A DNA stretch of 64,000 nucleotides, taken from NCBI RefSeq assembly GCF_001194135.2, contig NC_068982.1, positions 49,957,174-50,021,173 of the forward strand. Direction: 5' to 3'. The position numbers were made by a program, and so were the translations under genes. Positions 26,135 to 39,710 of the stretch are shown piece by piece; the stretch's first letter is position 1; every line of letters begins with the position of its first letter. The notes beneath the pieces were generated by a model, which ran no database searches, was not told the origin of the DNA, and worked only from the letters and a program-made list of their open reading frames with translations. Source of the stretch: Octopus bimaculoides. Taxonomy: Eukaryota.

Positions 26135-26950
26135 CTTGGTGCAGTCTTCTGCCCAGCCAGCTCCTGTCAAACCGTCCAACCCATGCCAGCATGGAAAGCG
26201 GACATTAAATGATGGTGAAAAAGATATCAAGAGAAAAGATGCGCTGGCAGAATCATTAGCATGACAGGCAAAATGCTAAGCAGCATTTCATCTGTCTTTG
26301 TGTTCTGAGTTTAAATTTTGCTGAGGTCGACCTTGTCTTTCATCTTTTCAGTGTTGATAAAATAAGTACCAGTTGAGCACTTGAGCCAAATTAATTGACT
26401 TACCCCTCTCCTGAAATTGTGCCAAAATGTGTAAACAATATATAAGAAAAAAAACTAATACACAAACTTACCCCACTAGTGGATATGTAGAGAATTGTCA
26501 TCATTTAATGTTCATTAACCAAGCTGGCATGAATGGGTTGGATGGTTTGACAAGAGCTAGCAAACCAAGGAACTGCAACAAGCTCTACTGCCTGCAGTGG
26601 CATAATTTCTATGGCTGAAGGCCCTTTATAATGCCAACTACTTTACAGAATGTACTGGGTGCTTTTCAAGTGGCATGAGTGCCCACCAGCAAAGTCACCA
26701 AGTAACTTACAAGATAAAGACCACTTAAGGAGGAATATCAAGGGACATGGCTTTGTGCCAGGCAAGGTGAAGTTAAAGTATGATAAGGGGATAAAAACAG
26801 GATGAAAAAATGAAATAACTAAACAGAAAAGAAAGATGAGAGACAAATGCAGAAGAACTAAAAAGAGAGAGGAAGGAAGACAAAGCCAAATGACACAAGA
26901 ACAAAATCAGAAGAATTACAATAATGCCGAGAAATAAGAAATATCTTTAC

Positions 26951-27021
26951 CTGTTGCGCTGCTGCAATAAAAGTAGATAGTGTTCATACTGCGGATTGAT
27001 ATGTTCCTTGACAGCCGGTGC
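26951..27021 (-). CDS. KATNIP: KATNIP-like exon: APAVKEHINPQYEHYLLLLQQRN(R)
   Basis: Acceptor ttttaatatctag|, donor AACAG|gtaaag; 71 nt, phase 0 to 2. YEHYLLLLQQRNR matches the recalled KIAA0556 motif HDEYLILLQQRNR. Confidence 0.85.
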
Positions 27022-27189
27022 CTAGATATTAAAATATTAAATTAAATATATATTTTTTTTTTTTTTATATACAATATATATGTCTAAGAATATATATGTC
27101 TAAGAATTCATAAATCAGAAAAGATATACACTTGTATATTTGTCAATAGAGTGGGTATAAGAATATTAATCATTGTATACAATGATTAA

Positions 27190-27388
27190 TTGTATACAAT
27201 CAACATCCTTAAACGGACCTTATTCAGGGACCTTTTGAGCGGGATGGGCTACTCGACCTGGAGAAAATTCTAACTAGTGATGCATGTGCCTGGTGTACCC
27301 TTATCAGACGGGTTGTCATGATGGGTATATTGGGCTTCGTATATTTTACCCCAGTGTCACTTTGATGGCATGCACTGCTCTCTCACTC

Positions 27389-27441
<53 letters not shown>

Positions 27442-27465
27442 TGATGATGATGATGATGATGATGA
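27190..27465 (+). mobile_element. Retroposon 3' end with (AAT)n/(GAT)n tail, family unassigned
   Basis: GC-richer segment ending gcatgcactgctctctcactc, followed by (AAT)n 27389-27438 and (GAT)n to 27465. Confidence 0.5.
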
Positions 27466-27479
27466 TTGCCCCTCTGACC

Positions 27480-27816
27480 CATGAATAGTCAAGAAGGAAG
27501 ACAAAAAAATAAATATATAGAATCTTCTTAAGTACGAAATAGCTCAGCTATGGAATATGAAGAAGGTAAAGATAATGTCAATTATTGTTGATTCCTTGAG
27601 GACAGTATCAGAAGGTATCAAGAGGAACAGAAAGGAAATCAGAATAGAGTGCCCAATAGAACTGTAACAGAATAATCAGGAAGGTATTAGATAGTTGAAA
27701 ATAACAGATAGCATGGTACCACAGGCTACAGGCAGCAAGCCCACTACACATGCAAGACTCCAGGAATTACAACAAAACCTGAGATATAAATTACAATAAT
27801 AATGATAATAATAATA
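27480..27816 (+). mobile_element. R4/Dong-like RLE LINE, 3' fragment A with short (TAA)n tail
   Basis: Translation LKYEIAQLWNMKKVKIMSIIVDSLRTVSEGIKRNRKEIRIECPIEL*QIIRKVLDS* is typical of the end of an RLE domain; 3' UTR then aataataatgataataataat. Confidence 0.7.
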
Positions 27817-29007
27817 CAACTGGAATTAACAATGAAGATTGCCACAATTGGCCTAAACACCTACCTGAAAAACTGATGACTGAATGTTAAAACTTGTCTT
27901 AAAGCACAAAAACAATAAAACATCATACTCAGTAACAAAACAGGCAAAGTGAAATCCAAATACAACACATCCCAGAGTTAGACATATTTGAAACAAGTAC
28001 AGAAAAAGCTATGCATATGAAAACCTGTGCTAAAACTTCTGCCTAAGATATTCTTACTGATAAATGGCAAGAAAAACTTCTCAATGGCAAATACCCAAAG
28101 ATAGCTAATAATGACAAAGCCCTTACCCATCAATGGTTAGTGTCTTCTGGCTTAAAATCAGAAACAGAAAGGTTTATCGTAGCAGCCTGAGATCAATGCC
28201 TACCTACAAGGAGCTACCAGGCCAACATATTAAAGAATGGCAATAGCCTAACATATTGTGTATGTAAACAACAAAATGAAGCCATTGATCATGTTGTCTT
28301 CATATGCAATCTTCTTATGCCTACACAGTATTTCAACAGGCATGATAGAGCAGCACAGCATATTCACTGGATAATTTGAAAAAACCTGGACCTGCCTCAT
28401 GATAAAAACTGGTGGGAACACAAACTACCTCCAGTGCTTGAAAATGGTCACATCTCACTCTTCTGGAACTTCACCGTTCAAACTGATAAAAAGATAGATA
28501 CAAATAGGCCAGACATTATATTGAAGGACTTCAAACAAAAATCATGCCACCTCATTGATATGACTGTCCCAATCGACATAAATGTATCTGTCAAGACCTA
28601 CTAAAAACTGAGCAAGTATAAAGATCTTGAAACAGAAATTGGCAAAATGTGGAACTTCAAGTCTTAAACAATACCTATTGTCATAGGTGCCCTAGGAATG
28701 ATAGCAAAAGGGGCTGATTCTTACCTAGCTCAGATACCAGGAAACCCCAAAATGGCAGAAATTCAAAAGATAGAGCCTATGGGAACTACCCATATTCTAT
28801 GTAAAATACTGTCTATGTAATCTCAAATTTTAAAACAAACTTATAATTTCTTGTTTTCTTAAATATTCTAAAGAACAATACTTAGTGCAAAACCAAATAT
28901 ATGACACCCTAGGCATAACACCAACTTGAACTTCTAACTTGTTGTCTCTTGAGGTCTCTGGGTGAGACTTTGAGTCAACTTGTTCAAATACAAAGCAAAA
29001 GTCAAAC

Positions 29008-29061
<54 letters not shown>

Positions 29062-29082
29062 TAATAATAATAATAATAATAA
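27817..29082 (+). mobile_element. R4/Dong-like RLE LINE, 5'-truncated copy B with long (TAA)n tail
   Basis: 28062-28820 reads in one frame with four internal stops: QWLVSSGLKSETERFIVAA*DQ, CCHC knuckle (CVCKQQNEAIDHVVFIC), RHD, NRPDIILKD..LIDMTVP..KLSKYKDL (PD-(D/E)xK), IPIVIGALG. (TAA)n at 29011-29082. Confidence 0.92.
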
Positions 29083-30808
29083 CTTTTCAGCTATATATAA
29101 TTACTTGTTGACATGGTTATTTAGTCTCCCCACCACCTGCCACACTAAATCAACCCTGCCTGAAAAGATTTATGAATGCATGTGTTCTAGCTATGATCAT
29201 TTCAATCTCTTTACAAAACTAGGACTGTATTATCCAATGTAAAATGGTAGAAAGATAGTCCATGGTGATTTTGCTGCTATTTCAAGCATGTGGAGCAACC
29301 ACTTTGAGAATTTCTCCAAAAAATCTCTTGGGTGTATGTATGTGAGTTCTTGGCCTAAACGCTGTAAATCACTCAACCAAAACACTTTGATCCTTTTGTA
29401 ATCATCGTATTTCTAATTAAATACAATGTTTCAATTAATTCTTAAAATAATCAAGTATTTGGTGGGATGTAACAAAATACCTTCTTTTTGTACTTGCATT
29501 TTTGGAAGGTAATTTAATGAAAGGTTCTTCTACAAGATAATGATGGAAGGTGCTAGTTTAAAAAAGAAAGAACACTTTAAAACAGGAGATTTGCTATCAA
29601 AAAACTGAGGCAGCTTCTGAAGGGTTAACAAAGAATTTTGGGGGAAAATATGGAAGAAAGAGATCAAACAAAAGCAACATATAACAGAAATTTCTTCTAT
29701 GACATAAATCTGGATACACACTTTAAGCTACTATTAAAAAATTAATTATTCATACACATTTTATCTTAGCCACTGCTTAGAAGAAGCATCAATAGACAAA
29801 TTATCTAAACTGCTTAATCTGCTACAGAAGTGTCAATAAATGATACAGCATCACATGGTTCTTAATCAAAATTGGCAACCATATTGTACTTTCAATAGGT
29901 ATATTCTGAGACACATTAAACAGTTCTTTGTAAATTTTCTTGAAAAATTAAAATATTTTTAGTTTCTTTCTATTAAGACCAGAGGGTGAGGAGTCTTACA
30001 TTTTTCAAGTCAAACATTATTTTTCTTTACTAGTTTCAGCTTGAGAGGTGTGGCCATACTGGGGCACCACCATTATATTTGCAAATATATTTTATATTGT
30101 TTACTTGTTTCAATCAGTGGACTGCAGCCTGCAGTGTGGTATTTATCCTTTTGGTCACTTCTGCCAAACTCCTCAGAAGACATAAATCAACATTGGTTGT
30201 CATACAGCAGGGGAGGGGATTAATACAAACACACAGACACAATTACACATAAATATACAATGGGCTTCCACATAGTTTCCATTTACTAAATTCAATCACA
30301 CAGCATTGGTCAGTCCAGTGCAATAAGACACTTGCCCAAGGTGCCATGCAATGGGACCAAACCCAAAACCTTGTGGTTGCAAAGCAAGCTTCTTAAAACA
30401 CACAGCTATGCTTACAACTATAAATAAATAAATAAATAAATATATAAATAAATAAATAAATGATAGGTAACAAACAAATAATTTCTGGCACTGGCATGAT
30501 ACCAGAAATTTTCAAAGAAAGAAGTTGCAATTCAAACCATTCTAATACTTTGACTAGTACTGTTCTATTCAACCAAGAATGATGAAAAGGAACATAAATC
30601 TCAATGGGATTATTAACTCAGCTTGTGAGGAGACATCCTAAATATACTACAATACATCCAATTTGTGGCTCTACCAATTCTATCTTCCATATTCTTAAAT
30701 AAAAATAAATAGTAAACATAATGATAAAAACCTAATTCTGTAGCATATTAGAAATATCTAATACATGCTGGTAGTCCAACCCATGTCAGCCTGGCAAACA
30801 GACATTAA

Positions 30809-30810
<2 letters not shown>

Positions 30811-30868
<58 letters not shown>
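30811..30868. repeat. (GAT)n microsatellite, tail of a family-D-like copy
   Basis: Direct reading. Other microsatellites include (CA)/(TA) 1-124, (ATT) 1629-1680, (GA) 13435-13505, (GATA) 38215-38335 and (TA)/(TG) tracts flanking several gaps. Confidence 0.95.
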
Positions 30869-31600
30869 CGTGGAACCTTGGGCAATTATCTACTGTAAAC
30901 TCAGGCTAACCAAAGCTTTTCTGGATGGGTTTGGTAGATGGGAACTGAAAACAGCCCATCAAATATGTTATGTATACATATAGTGTATCTTGTGTGTACA
31001 TAGATGTACAACTGCCATCATTAAGTTTAAAGCTCCATGTAATGTTTGCTGTAACCTAATGCAGTTAATACTTCCCTGATGAACCATTCTAGTTAAGTAT
31101 GTAGGAAATAATAATAATATAAACTTGTGTTCATCATAATATGCTACTTGATACAATCTTATAAAGATTTTATCCATGGTTATATATAAATATAAATTAC
31201 TCTGACCAATGTATTCACTCCAGTATTATCTTTGTTCGTATACACATATGGTTGAGGTGAATGAATTAGATTGTATATAAATGTGAACATTTGTATATAC
31301 ACTTGTGGATACGTGTTATTCGTATGGGTATGTATAAATGTTTACAATTACCACCTCATATATATGTAAATACACTTGGCATACCCAAATATTCCTTGTA
31401 GCACACTGTTTGAAAACAATGGCCTTACATAGCCAAGTGATGTGTTAAGAAGTAGAAGGCAAACCTCTTCTTAAATCACACTCCTATCATCTTAATAAAA
31501 GGAAGACCACATCGAACAATGAGGTGCATGATAAACAGGTCTACAAGATTAGAGCTACAAAGGTACCAAGCAACATTAAGAAGAGTAGTAGTGGGGGGTG

Positions 31601-31642
<42 letters not shown>

Positions 31643-31811
31643 NNNNNNNNNNNNNNNNNNNNNNNNNNNNNNNNNNNNNNNNNNNNNNNNNNNNNNNNNN
31701 NNNNNNNNNNNNNNNNNNNNNNNNNNNNNNNNNNNNNNNNNNNNNNNNNNNNNNNNNNNNNNNNNNNNNNNNNNNNNNNNNNNNNNNNNNNNNNNNNNNN
31801 NNNNNNNNNNN

Positions 31812-31855
<44 letters not shown>

Positions 31856-33004
31856 GTGTGCAAGTTCCTATCTCCTTGCCTTGACATCACATAATAACTG
31901 TAAACAAGTGTCACCGATATACAAACAGCATCTTTGTTTCCAGTTTTCCATAAAAACTGGTCTGGTTATGAGGAAACAGGTGAGGGTTAGCAACAAGAAA
32001 GGCATCCAGCCATAGAAAATCTGCCTCAATAAATTATGCCTGACCTGTATGTGTATGGAAAAATGGACATAAAAATTATGATAATGAGATGATTTCTAGT
32101 AAGCTAAATCACCATGTTGCTGTTTGTAACCCATGTGAGAGCTGATTGAACAGATGTATGACCAAAGGCTTTCCAATTATAACCATCCAATCTTCCTTCA
32201 AAATGTCAGATACTAAACTGATTAATGTATTCTCCTTTATTTAAGATAGCAGGGTGTGAGTTGTAAGAGACTTGGCTGCTATTTCTACTAACTTGTATAG
32301 AAAGCTTCTACATTAGCTCAAGCAAGAGAAATTTTGCTGGATGTTAGTAGGTAGGAGGGTGGGTAGTACCAGTGGTGGTGGCCGTGGTGGTGGCAGCGGT
32401 GGCAGAGGGTGAACAGTTAAAATAAAAAAGCTTCAGCAGTGAAACAACAACCTAAGAAAATAATCAACAATTTAAGTGACTAAATAAGATCCAAAATATA
32501 GTGTTCAACTGTAATTATTTCACAGAAGACCAAGATAGCAAGATGCTGTCAACTTGAAAAATACATTTGCAGGAAATATTTAAATAAACAAATAACTGAA
32601 AAACAAACACATATCACTTCAACTTTGTATTTTTGTGCTAGTGGAAGGGGTTATTTTGTTCATCTATTTATTTTTTTCCTGTTTAACATGCTTATTTTCA
32701 AGACAGCAGGAGTTGGATAGGTTTGTTTTCGTTTATTATCATTATTATTATACACTTCGATAATTGCATATTCTTAGAACAAGTAATTTTACAGCTGAAT
32801 GCCCCTGCTGGTGTTACCCACTCAGCCATGAAGTAAGAGTGAACCAGATGTCACATAAGCTAGACTGAAGCAGGTAGCATAATGTACAACATTATCTAAA
32901 CAGATGGATGTTTTAAACTTTCTTTGAAATTTCAATCAGTGTAGACCATTGTCCTTAAGCTGACATACAACACCCTCAAATAGATACACAACATTCATAC
33001 ATAA

Positions 33005-33049
<45 letters not shown>

Positions 33050-34737
33050 AGTAGAAAGATTAGCATATGAGAAGCTGTAATGTTGCACAATAAACCTCAA
33101 AAATATTCTGAATGGAATAAAATTGTGCTTTATGCCTTTAGCAGAGCCTAGTCTATTTCAAGTATTCAGACTAGTCACTGATTTGAGGATAACTTGATAT
33201 CATGGATCAGGGCTCTCTACTGCAGTTCCCTATGAGGTCTTTCTTTTTTTTTTTTCTTGTAGTCTCAGCATCTCAGCAAAAAGTCATGGCCTCTAGTCAG
33301 CCTTCTCCCATTTGTCATTGTCATGTCTCGTACATTTTTGCAGTGCATTGTTGACACTAGAATGAAAGCCTTCTTGATTAAGTCTGAGTTCTCCTACTGG
33401 ATGAAACCATAGCATTACTTAGTTCTGACTTTCTCATAGCGTCTTCTTGGCAGAGATATTGGGGTGGTCTGTCATTACCTTCCCCAACTGGATGGCCATT
33501 GGTCCACAGGGAGCTCATCTGCCCTTCAACAGGTCTTACTTTTAGTCGAGTGTCCAGAAGGTGCAGAGCTTAGTGGTTAGGATATTTGGCTTATGATCAG
33601 AAGGTAATATGTTCAGTATCATGCAATGTGTAGTGTCCTCGAGTAAACTTTATTTCATGTTGCTCCAGTCCACTCAGCTGACAAAAATGAATAGTACCTA
33701 CATTTCAAAGAGCCAGCCTTGTCATATCTTGTGTCATGCTGAATCTCCCTGAGAACTACATCAAGGACATGCGTGTCTACAGAGTGCTCAGCTACTTGCA
33801 CATTAATTTTACAAGCTGGCTGTTCCATTGATCAGGTCAACTGGAACCCTTGTTATCATAACTGACAGAGTGCCAGTTGGGTGTCCAGATACCCACCTCA
33901 CAACAATTGCAAGCTACTTGAGTGGTGGAGCTAGATTAGTTGCCAACCACCCACTAGGAGGGACAAAAAAAATTTTAGAAGTCTGCTTTCCTAACCAAAA
34001 GTAGACACCAAAATTCCACTTCACAGTTTAGCGGTTGACATTAAATAGACTGGTTTCTTGCAGATATCCATACTTATTGCAAGTAATGTAATTACAATAC
34101 AGAATTGCAATACCAATATATGGAAACATACAGTCTGAAAAAGTTACGTCAAAATTTCGCTGATTGATCTCACACTCCAACAATTCCCAGACAATCACTC
34201 GAATCACTTTCTTTGTAATAACCATGATAGAGTTTCGGATGCATAGTCTCACACAATGAAGAGTCTTCAGCTATCACTAAGACCGCTTATTTCTATTTGT
34301 AGTCATAAAGGAGACAGTCTTACAGCTATAAGGAACTTCTCGAGGTAAAGATTTACAGAAAAGATTTGATAGAAAGCAAAATGTTAAATAGTCTTAAAAG
34401 TGTTTAACATTAAAGACAGCTACTTACGAGAGCTTTCTTAGAAGTTTTTTAACTTGCATCACACAGTAACAAATACTATAAATACATTGTATTGTTATAG
34501 ATTGTCAAACCACTTTGTTCCCATTTTTTTTTCTTATTATTTAATTTACCATGTCCAAGACAGTTATTGTTCATAGTGTAAGTCAGTTAATATGACATTT
34601 CAAGAAATATAGGATGCATTACCAGAGGAAATATAGAAATGAAAAATAGAATTAAAAATGAAGGAATGCTTGATGTAAAATTTATAGAACCCCATTATAC
34701 ATGCCAGAGTGAATGCATGTCTGGAGCACTTGGTGAC

Positions 34738-36290
34738 CCGTTGAACAATGAAAGATTAGGAAGAGCAACATTTATGTGAAATTTTGATTCAAATTGGAAA
34801 AAAAATTTCTATAGTAACTTTTCTAATGTAATAACAGGCCTATGAGAAGGATTATATGAGCTGTATGCAATTGGAAAGAACATCTACGAAGGGTTTCAAA
34901 TTTGGATGGTTTTTCCACAAAAGTGGACAATGATCACATTACAAAAACAGGGGAATCTGTAAATCAGAAGATGACTATGTTGTTATGAAATTTATGAATA
35001 AAAAGAAGATGAAGTCACAATTAGGAAACTAGTCTGTTAGAAAATCTCTGTTTGAGATAGAAGCAATATATGAATCAAAAAGTATTGTTTATGGCCATTT
35101 AACCCCAGGAAGACATTTCCTCCAGCTGGATAACTCCTGCCATCCTAGCTCCAAGACCACCAGACCACATGGTTTCCAACTAGTATCCTAGTTACAAAAT
35201 CAATGATTGTATGACACTGTGTTTTCTGTATATTGCAAGCGAGGTAAACTGCTGCAATGCTTGGCAATGAATACCCACCACTCAGGAGATCCAATACTGA
35301 TTGAAACCACATAGTCTGATGGTCATGAAGCTAGGGTGGCAGGAGTTATCTCCCACTTGCAATAAAAACCAGTTGGAGATGTCTTGCTGGGGGTTAAATG
35401 GCAGTATCATCTCTTAGTGGACAACCACATTAAAGCGGACAACCACATTAAAGTGGACAACCACATTAAAGTGGCCATAAGCAATACATTTTGGTTTGTA
35501 CACTACTTCTATCATGAACAGAGATTTTTTAACAGACTAGTTTCCTAGTTAGAAAATCAGTGATTGTATGACACTGTGTTTTCTATATATTGCAAGTAAG
35601 GCTAAACTGCTGTCTTGCCTAGCAGCAGGTGCCCACCACCTAGGAAATCCAATACAGATTAAAGCCACATGGTTAGGTGGTCTTAGAGCTAGGGTGGTAG
35701 CATTTATCTCCTGCTTGCATTAAATATTGAGTGTGAGAAGCACACTGAATAAATCATCATCTCTTAGAGGACAACCACATTAAAGTGGTCATAACAAAGT
35801 CACAGTTAATCAAGATGTGTTTGATTGGGTGCTAATGAAAGTTTACTGAAAAGTGTCATAACAGGTGATAAAATCTGAGTGTTCAGCTACAATGCTGAAA
35901 CAAAAACAAGTGTGTTGGATCATTGTTATAGAAACCAAAAAGAACACACCAAAGATGCTCAGGTGTGAAGGTTATGTTAGAAGGGCCACATTCATCGTGA
36001 GTTCTTCTCATGTGGTTAGAGGTTCAATAAAGAGCTATACTTGGATCTCCTAAGCTTGTTTAAGAGAGGCAGAGTGAAAAAAGAAGCTTGAGATATCTAC
36101 AAACAATATCTGGATGATACATCATGACAACACACCTATTCATGCATCACCTGTTATCCATGACTTTTTAACAAAACACTAGACTCTCATCCCCACCCCC
36201 ACTTTCATTACTCATTGGAATTGGTCCCTACTGACTTCCTGTTCCTAAAATTGAAATTCACTTGAAAAGGTTACTGATGTCAGATGGTAG
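34738..36290 (+). mobile_element. Decayed mariner (DD34D) transposase, interrupted by a foldback insertion
   Basis: N-terminal VKF*FKLEK..QAYEKDYMS at 34.75-34.87 kb. After the insert: VITGDKI*VFSYNAETK, SGVKVML, HREF..FNKELYLDLL, MIHHDNTPIH, PHP..ELVPTDFLFLKLK. Confidence 0.8.
35022..35790. repeat. Foldback: inverted arms plus a ~357-bp direct repeat and an 18-bp tandem repeat
   Basis: 35022-35100 is the reverse complement of 35468-35547; 35097-35180 is the reverse complement of ~35300-35400. Sequence from 35187 recurs at 35544. ggacaaccacattaaag(c/t) occurs 3 times at 35419-35472. Confidence 0.85.
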
Positions 36291-38272
36291 AAGAGATAAA
36301 GAAAATTCATAAAATGAATGAATCACAATTCCTAACTATCAAAACATCATCCTCATTATCATTATCATCTTCTTGTTTGAATGGTTCAGATGAAATTTGC
36401 TGAGCAAGACAATATTTCCACATGGCCAAACAGGTTTTCTGAGAAGACTAGAAATGAAGTAAAGGACACCACTTGTATGATGGTGAAATTCATTTACAGC
36501 GATCACATGATGTCAAAAGAAGGAGGCACAAATACCCCACTACCCTATATATATAAATATATATCATTATTATCATCATTTAATGTCTATTTTCCAAGCT
36601 GACAAGGGTTGGATGGTTTGACAGGATCTGATCGGTTCAAGATTGCATCATGCTCCAGTGAGTCTCCTTTGGCATGGCTTCTATGGCTTTCAGTTTTCAT
36701 CTACCAAATCCATTCACAAGGCTTTGGTCAGCTTAGTGCTATACAAGAAGACATTTGCTCACGGTACCAGGCAATAGGACTGAACCCAAAACCATGTGGC
36801 TGTGAAGCAACTTCTTAACTACACAGCACACATTTGAAAACTAGGAAAAATCATTGTGAGTGGTGTATCAAGATTGGAAGAAACTATTTTGAGGGAGACA
36901 AATCTGATTAAATTCTAAAAAAAATCAATGATTTCATTTCTAAAAAGTTCAGTTTCTTATAGAACAAATCTCATATAAAAGCAGGAGCTTTATAAGTTAT
37001 CATCATCATCAATATTTAATGTCTGTTTTCCATGCTGGCATGGGTTGGACAGCTTGATAGAAACTGGCAAGGCTAGGGGCTGCACCAGGTTCCATAGTCT
37101 GTTTTGGTATGGTTTCTATGGCTGGATGCCCTTCCTAATGCCTAATCACAGAATGTACTGGGTGCTTTTTATGTGATACCAGTACATCTTATGTGGCACC
37201 AGTACATTTTATGTGGCACCAGCACCCACACCAATGCTTTTTACATAGCACCTTGATTTTAAGATCTCAATTCTGATGTGGTACACGAGCTTTCTTAAGT
37301 ACAGCAATATCTCCACATATCTCAGTCCTTCATAAGGAGACTACATTTTGAAAAGTGAGTTAGTTGCCAATGATTCAAGCACCAATAAGAATGGTTTTAA
37401 TGATGTAAACCAAGGACAGGTGAACATGGAAAGTGTTCTCCTTATGCATTTGTTTAGCCACTAAATCAAGCTTAACCTCAGCAGACTTTTAAGATCAAAG
37501 ACATTCCAACCATAATTATCCTGTTTTGTTTTGTCTATTTATTATTTCTTTATTTTGTTTTGTTCTCTTCTGGTATCACATAACTTGGTGTGCATTAGCC
37601 AATGTGTCCTTTCTTTAAAGACACAATGGCTAATGTACAGAAAGGGGGTGATTTCAAGATTTAGCTGATCGTTTGAGCAGATCAAGCAACCACCAAAATG
37701 CTCCTTCTTTGGTCTTCTTTTCCTTATGGGTACAATACAATGGCTCTGATAAAAGTCTTGAACTTTCAGTTTCATTTATATAACAACTCAGTAATCTTAA
37801 GTGTCAGTGTACTAAGCTCAAAAGATAATATTTTCAATAACTCTATAACAGACTTAACGGAATGTAAACAGATATACAGCAAAGAAAACCTGAACTATTG
37901 TCGTGTTTTCTTTTAATCTTTATGTCAAGAGGAATGAATAGTGCTCGTGACTTTTCAGAGAGTCTCAGAGACTAGTCAGAGAGGGAGGAAAGAAGATATG
38001 CTCCAATTGGTGACCTGACCTGAAAGAGAGCGAATCAAGAGCACCCAGGGTGCCAGATGGTGATGGTAAACTAAGAAACAAATTAAGTTTGCCACCCAAG
38101 AAGACTCTGGCAAGATTTGAACTCTAGTACAATCCTAATGCAGGACAACTTGGGCAAGTGTCTTCTACTAAAGTCTCAAGCTGACCAGTGCCTTGTGACT
38201 AGATTTGATAGACAGGTAGGTAGGTAGATAGATAGGTAGATCCATAGGTAGGTAGGGAGATAGAGAGGTAGG

Positions 38273-38334
<62 letters not shown>

Positions 38335-39289
38335 TGAGAAGCTTCCACATAGTCTGTCTACTAAATTCACTCACAAGGCTTTGGTCAGCCTGGGGCTGTA
38401 GTAGAAGTCAATTGCCCCAAGAAGTCACATGCAGTAAGACTGAACCTAGCCTAAGACCAGATGATTGGAAGCAAGCTTCTTAACCAGACAGTCGTGCTTG
38501 TACATTATGCAAAAAAGAAAACTCAGAAATATTACTTTGGTTTCCCCCCACCTCCCATTCATACATACATACTTCATCTTTCTTCCATCTTCTATATGGC
38601 TTCATATCAGTTTGCCAGAATCAAAAATTTTGTGATATCATCAATACACAGGGGAGGAGGAGGAGGAGTGAGGAAGGCAGAGATGGATGGGGGGGGGACA
38701 TGGTGATGGTGGTGGTGGTGGTAGCAGTAGCAGCAGTAACAGCAACAGCAGCAAGTCACTACAACTGCATCACTGAAGTGGAACTAACACACATAATCAG
38801 AAAGAAAGGAGTTTGCACATGAAAAGAAGACACTTCCAGACAGATGTGGTCGCCACAAGCCGCAAGCTGTGATCGCACGGAAATTGACTGTTAACTTTCT
38901 GAATTCAATAAAGAGCTCTTTTAAATTGTAGTAATTCACTCAGATACCAAACATTCCTAACTGATACCTGTTGAGATAATAACTAATGCATTATTAGTGT
39001 CTTCAATAGTCATCAGTGAAGTCTACACATGATCACAAGATCTTTCAGAAATATAGCCAATTCTGTTTAAATGCCTAACCTCGGCAATTGAAGTTCTTAT
39101 GCAGTTAACCAGAGTATGCAATTAAGTGAATTCATATTACTAAGCGGTAAATTACATGATTTTTCAATACATTGTCAATAGTAAGAAATTATGGCAGTGT
39201 TACACATCTACAGACATTATAAAACCACAATAATTTTTTTTTTCAATATATTCTCAGTCTGTTTTGTGATCAAATAATTTACGTAATAG

Positions 39290-39710
39290 ATGCAGGTGTG
39301 GCTGTGTGGTAAGAAGCTTGCTTCCCAATTACACGGTTCTGGGTTCAGTCCCACAGCATGGCACCTTGGGCAAGTGTCTTCTATTATAGCCTTAGACCAA
39401 CCAAAGCTTTGTGAGTGGATTTGGTAGATAGAAACTGAAAGAAGCCTGTCGCATCTGTGTGTATGTGTGTGGGTTTGTGTGTGTGTGTGTGTGTGTCTTT
39501 GTGTCTGTGTTTGTCTCCCACCACTGCTTGACAACCAGTGCTGATGTTTAAATCCCCATAACCTAGCAGTTTGACAAAAGAGACCGATAAAGTAAGTAGC
39601 AGGTTTTAAAGCAAAATAAGTACTGGGGTTGATGCATTCAACTAAAATTTCAAGGCAGTACCCCAGTATGGCCACAGTCAAATGACTGAAACAAATAAAA
39701 GATAAAAGGT
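39290..39710 (+). mobile_element. tRNA-derived SINE family A (CORE-like motif, internal (TG)n), full length
   Basis: Head gtggctgtgtggtaagaagc..ggttcagtccc (A/B boxes), accttgggcaagtgtctt motif, TG tract, 3' ..ccagtatggccacagtcaaatgactgaaacaaataaaagataaaag. Other copies near 2365(+), 3480(-), 7670(-), 9140(+), 14490(+), 20130(-), 21915(-), 25650(+), 30030(-), 36680(-), 42640(-), 44140(-), 61290(-), 62095(+), 62870(-). Confidence 0.85.

Noticed and set aside
32783-32835. Plus-strand mini-exon (tttacag|CTGAATGCCCC...GAA|gtaaga)
   Set aside because: Matches the decayed family-D motif tacagctggatgcccttcct.
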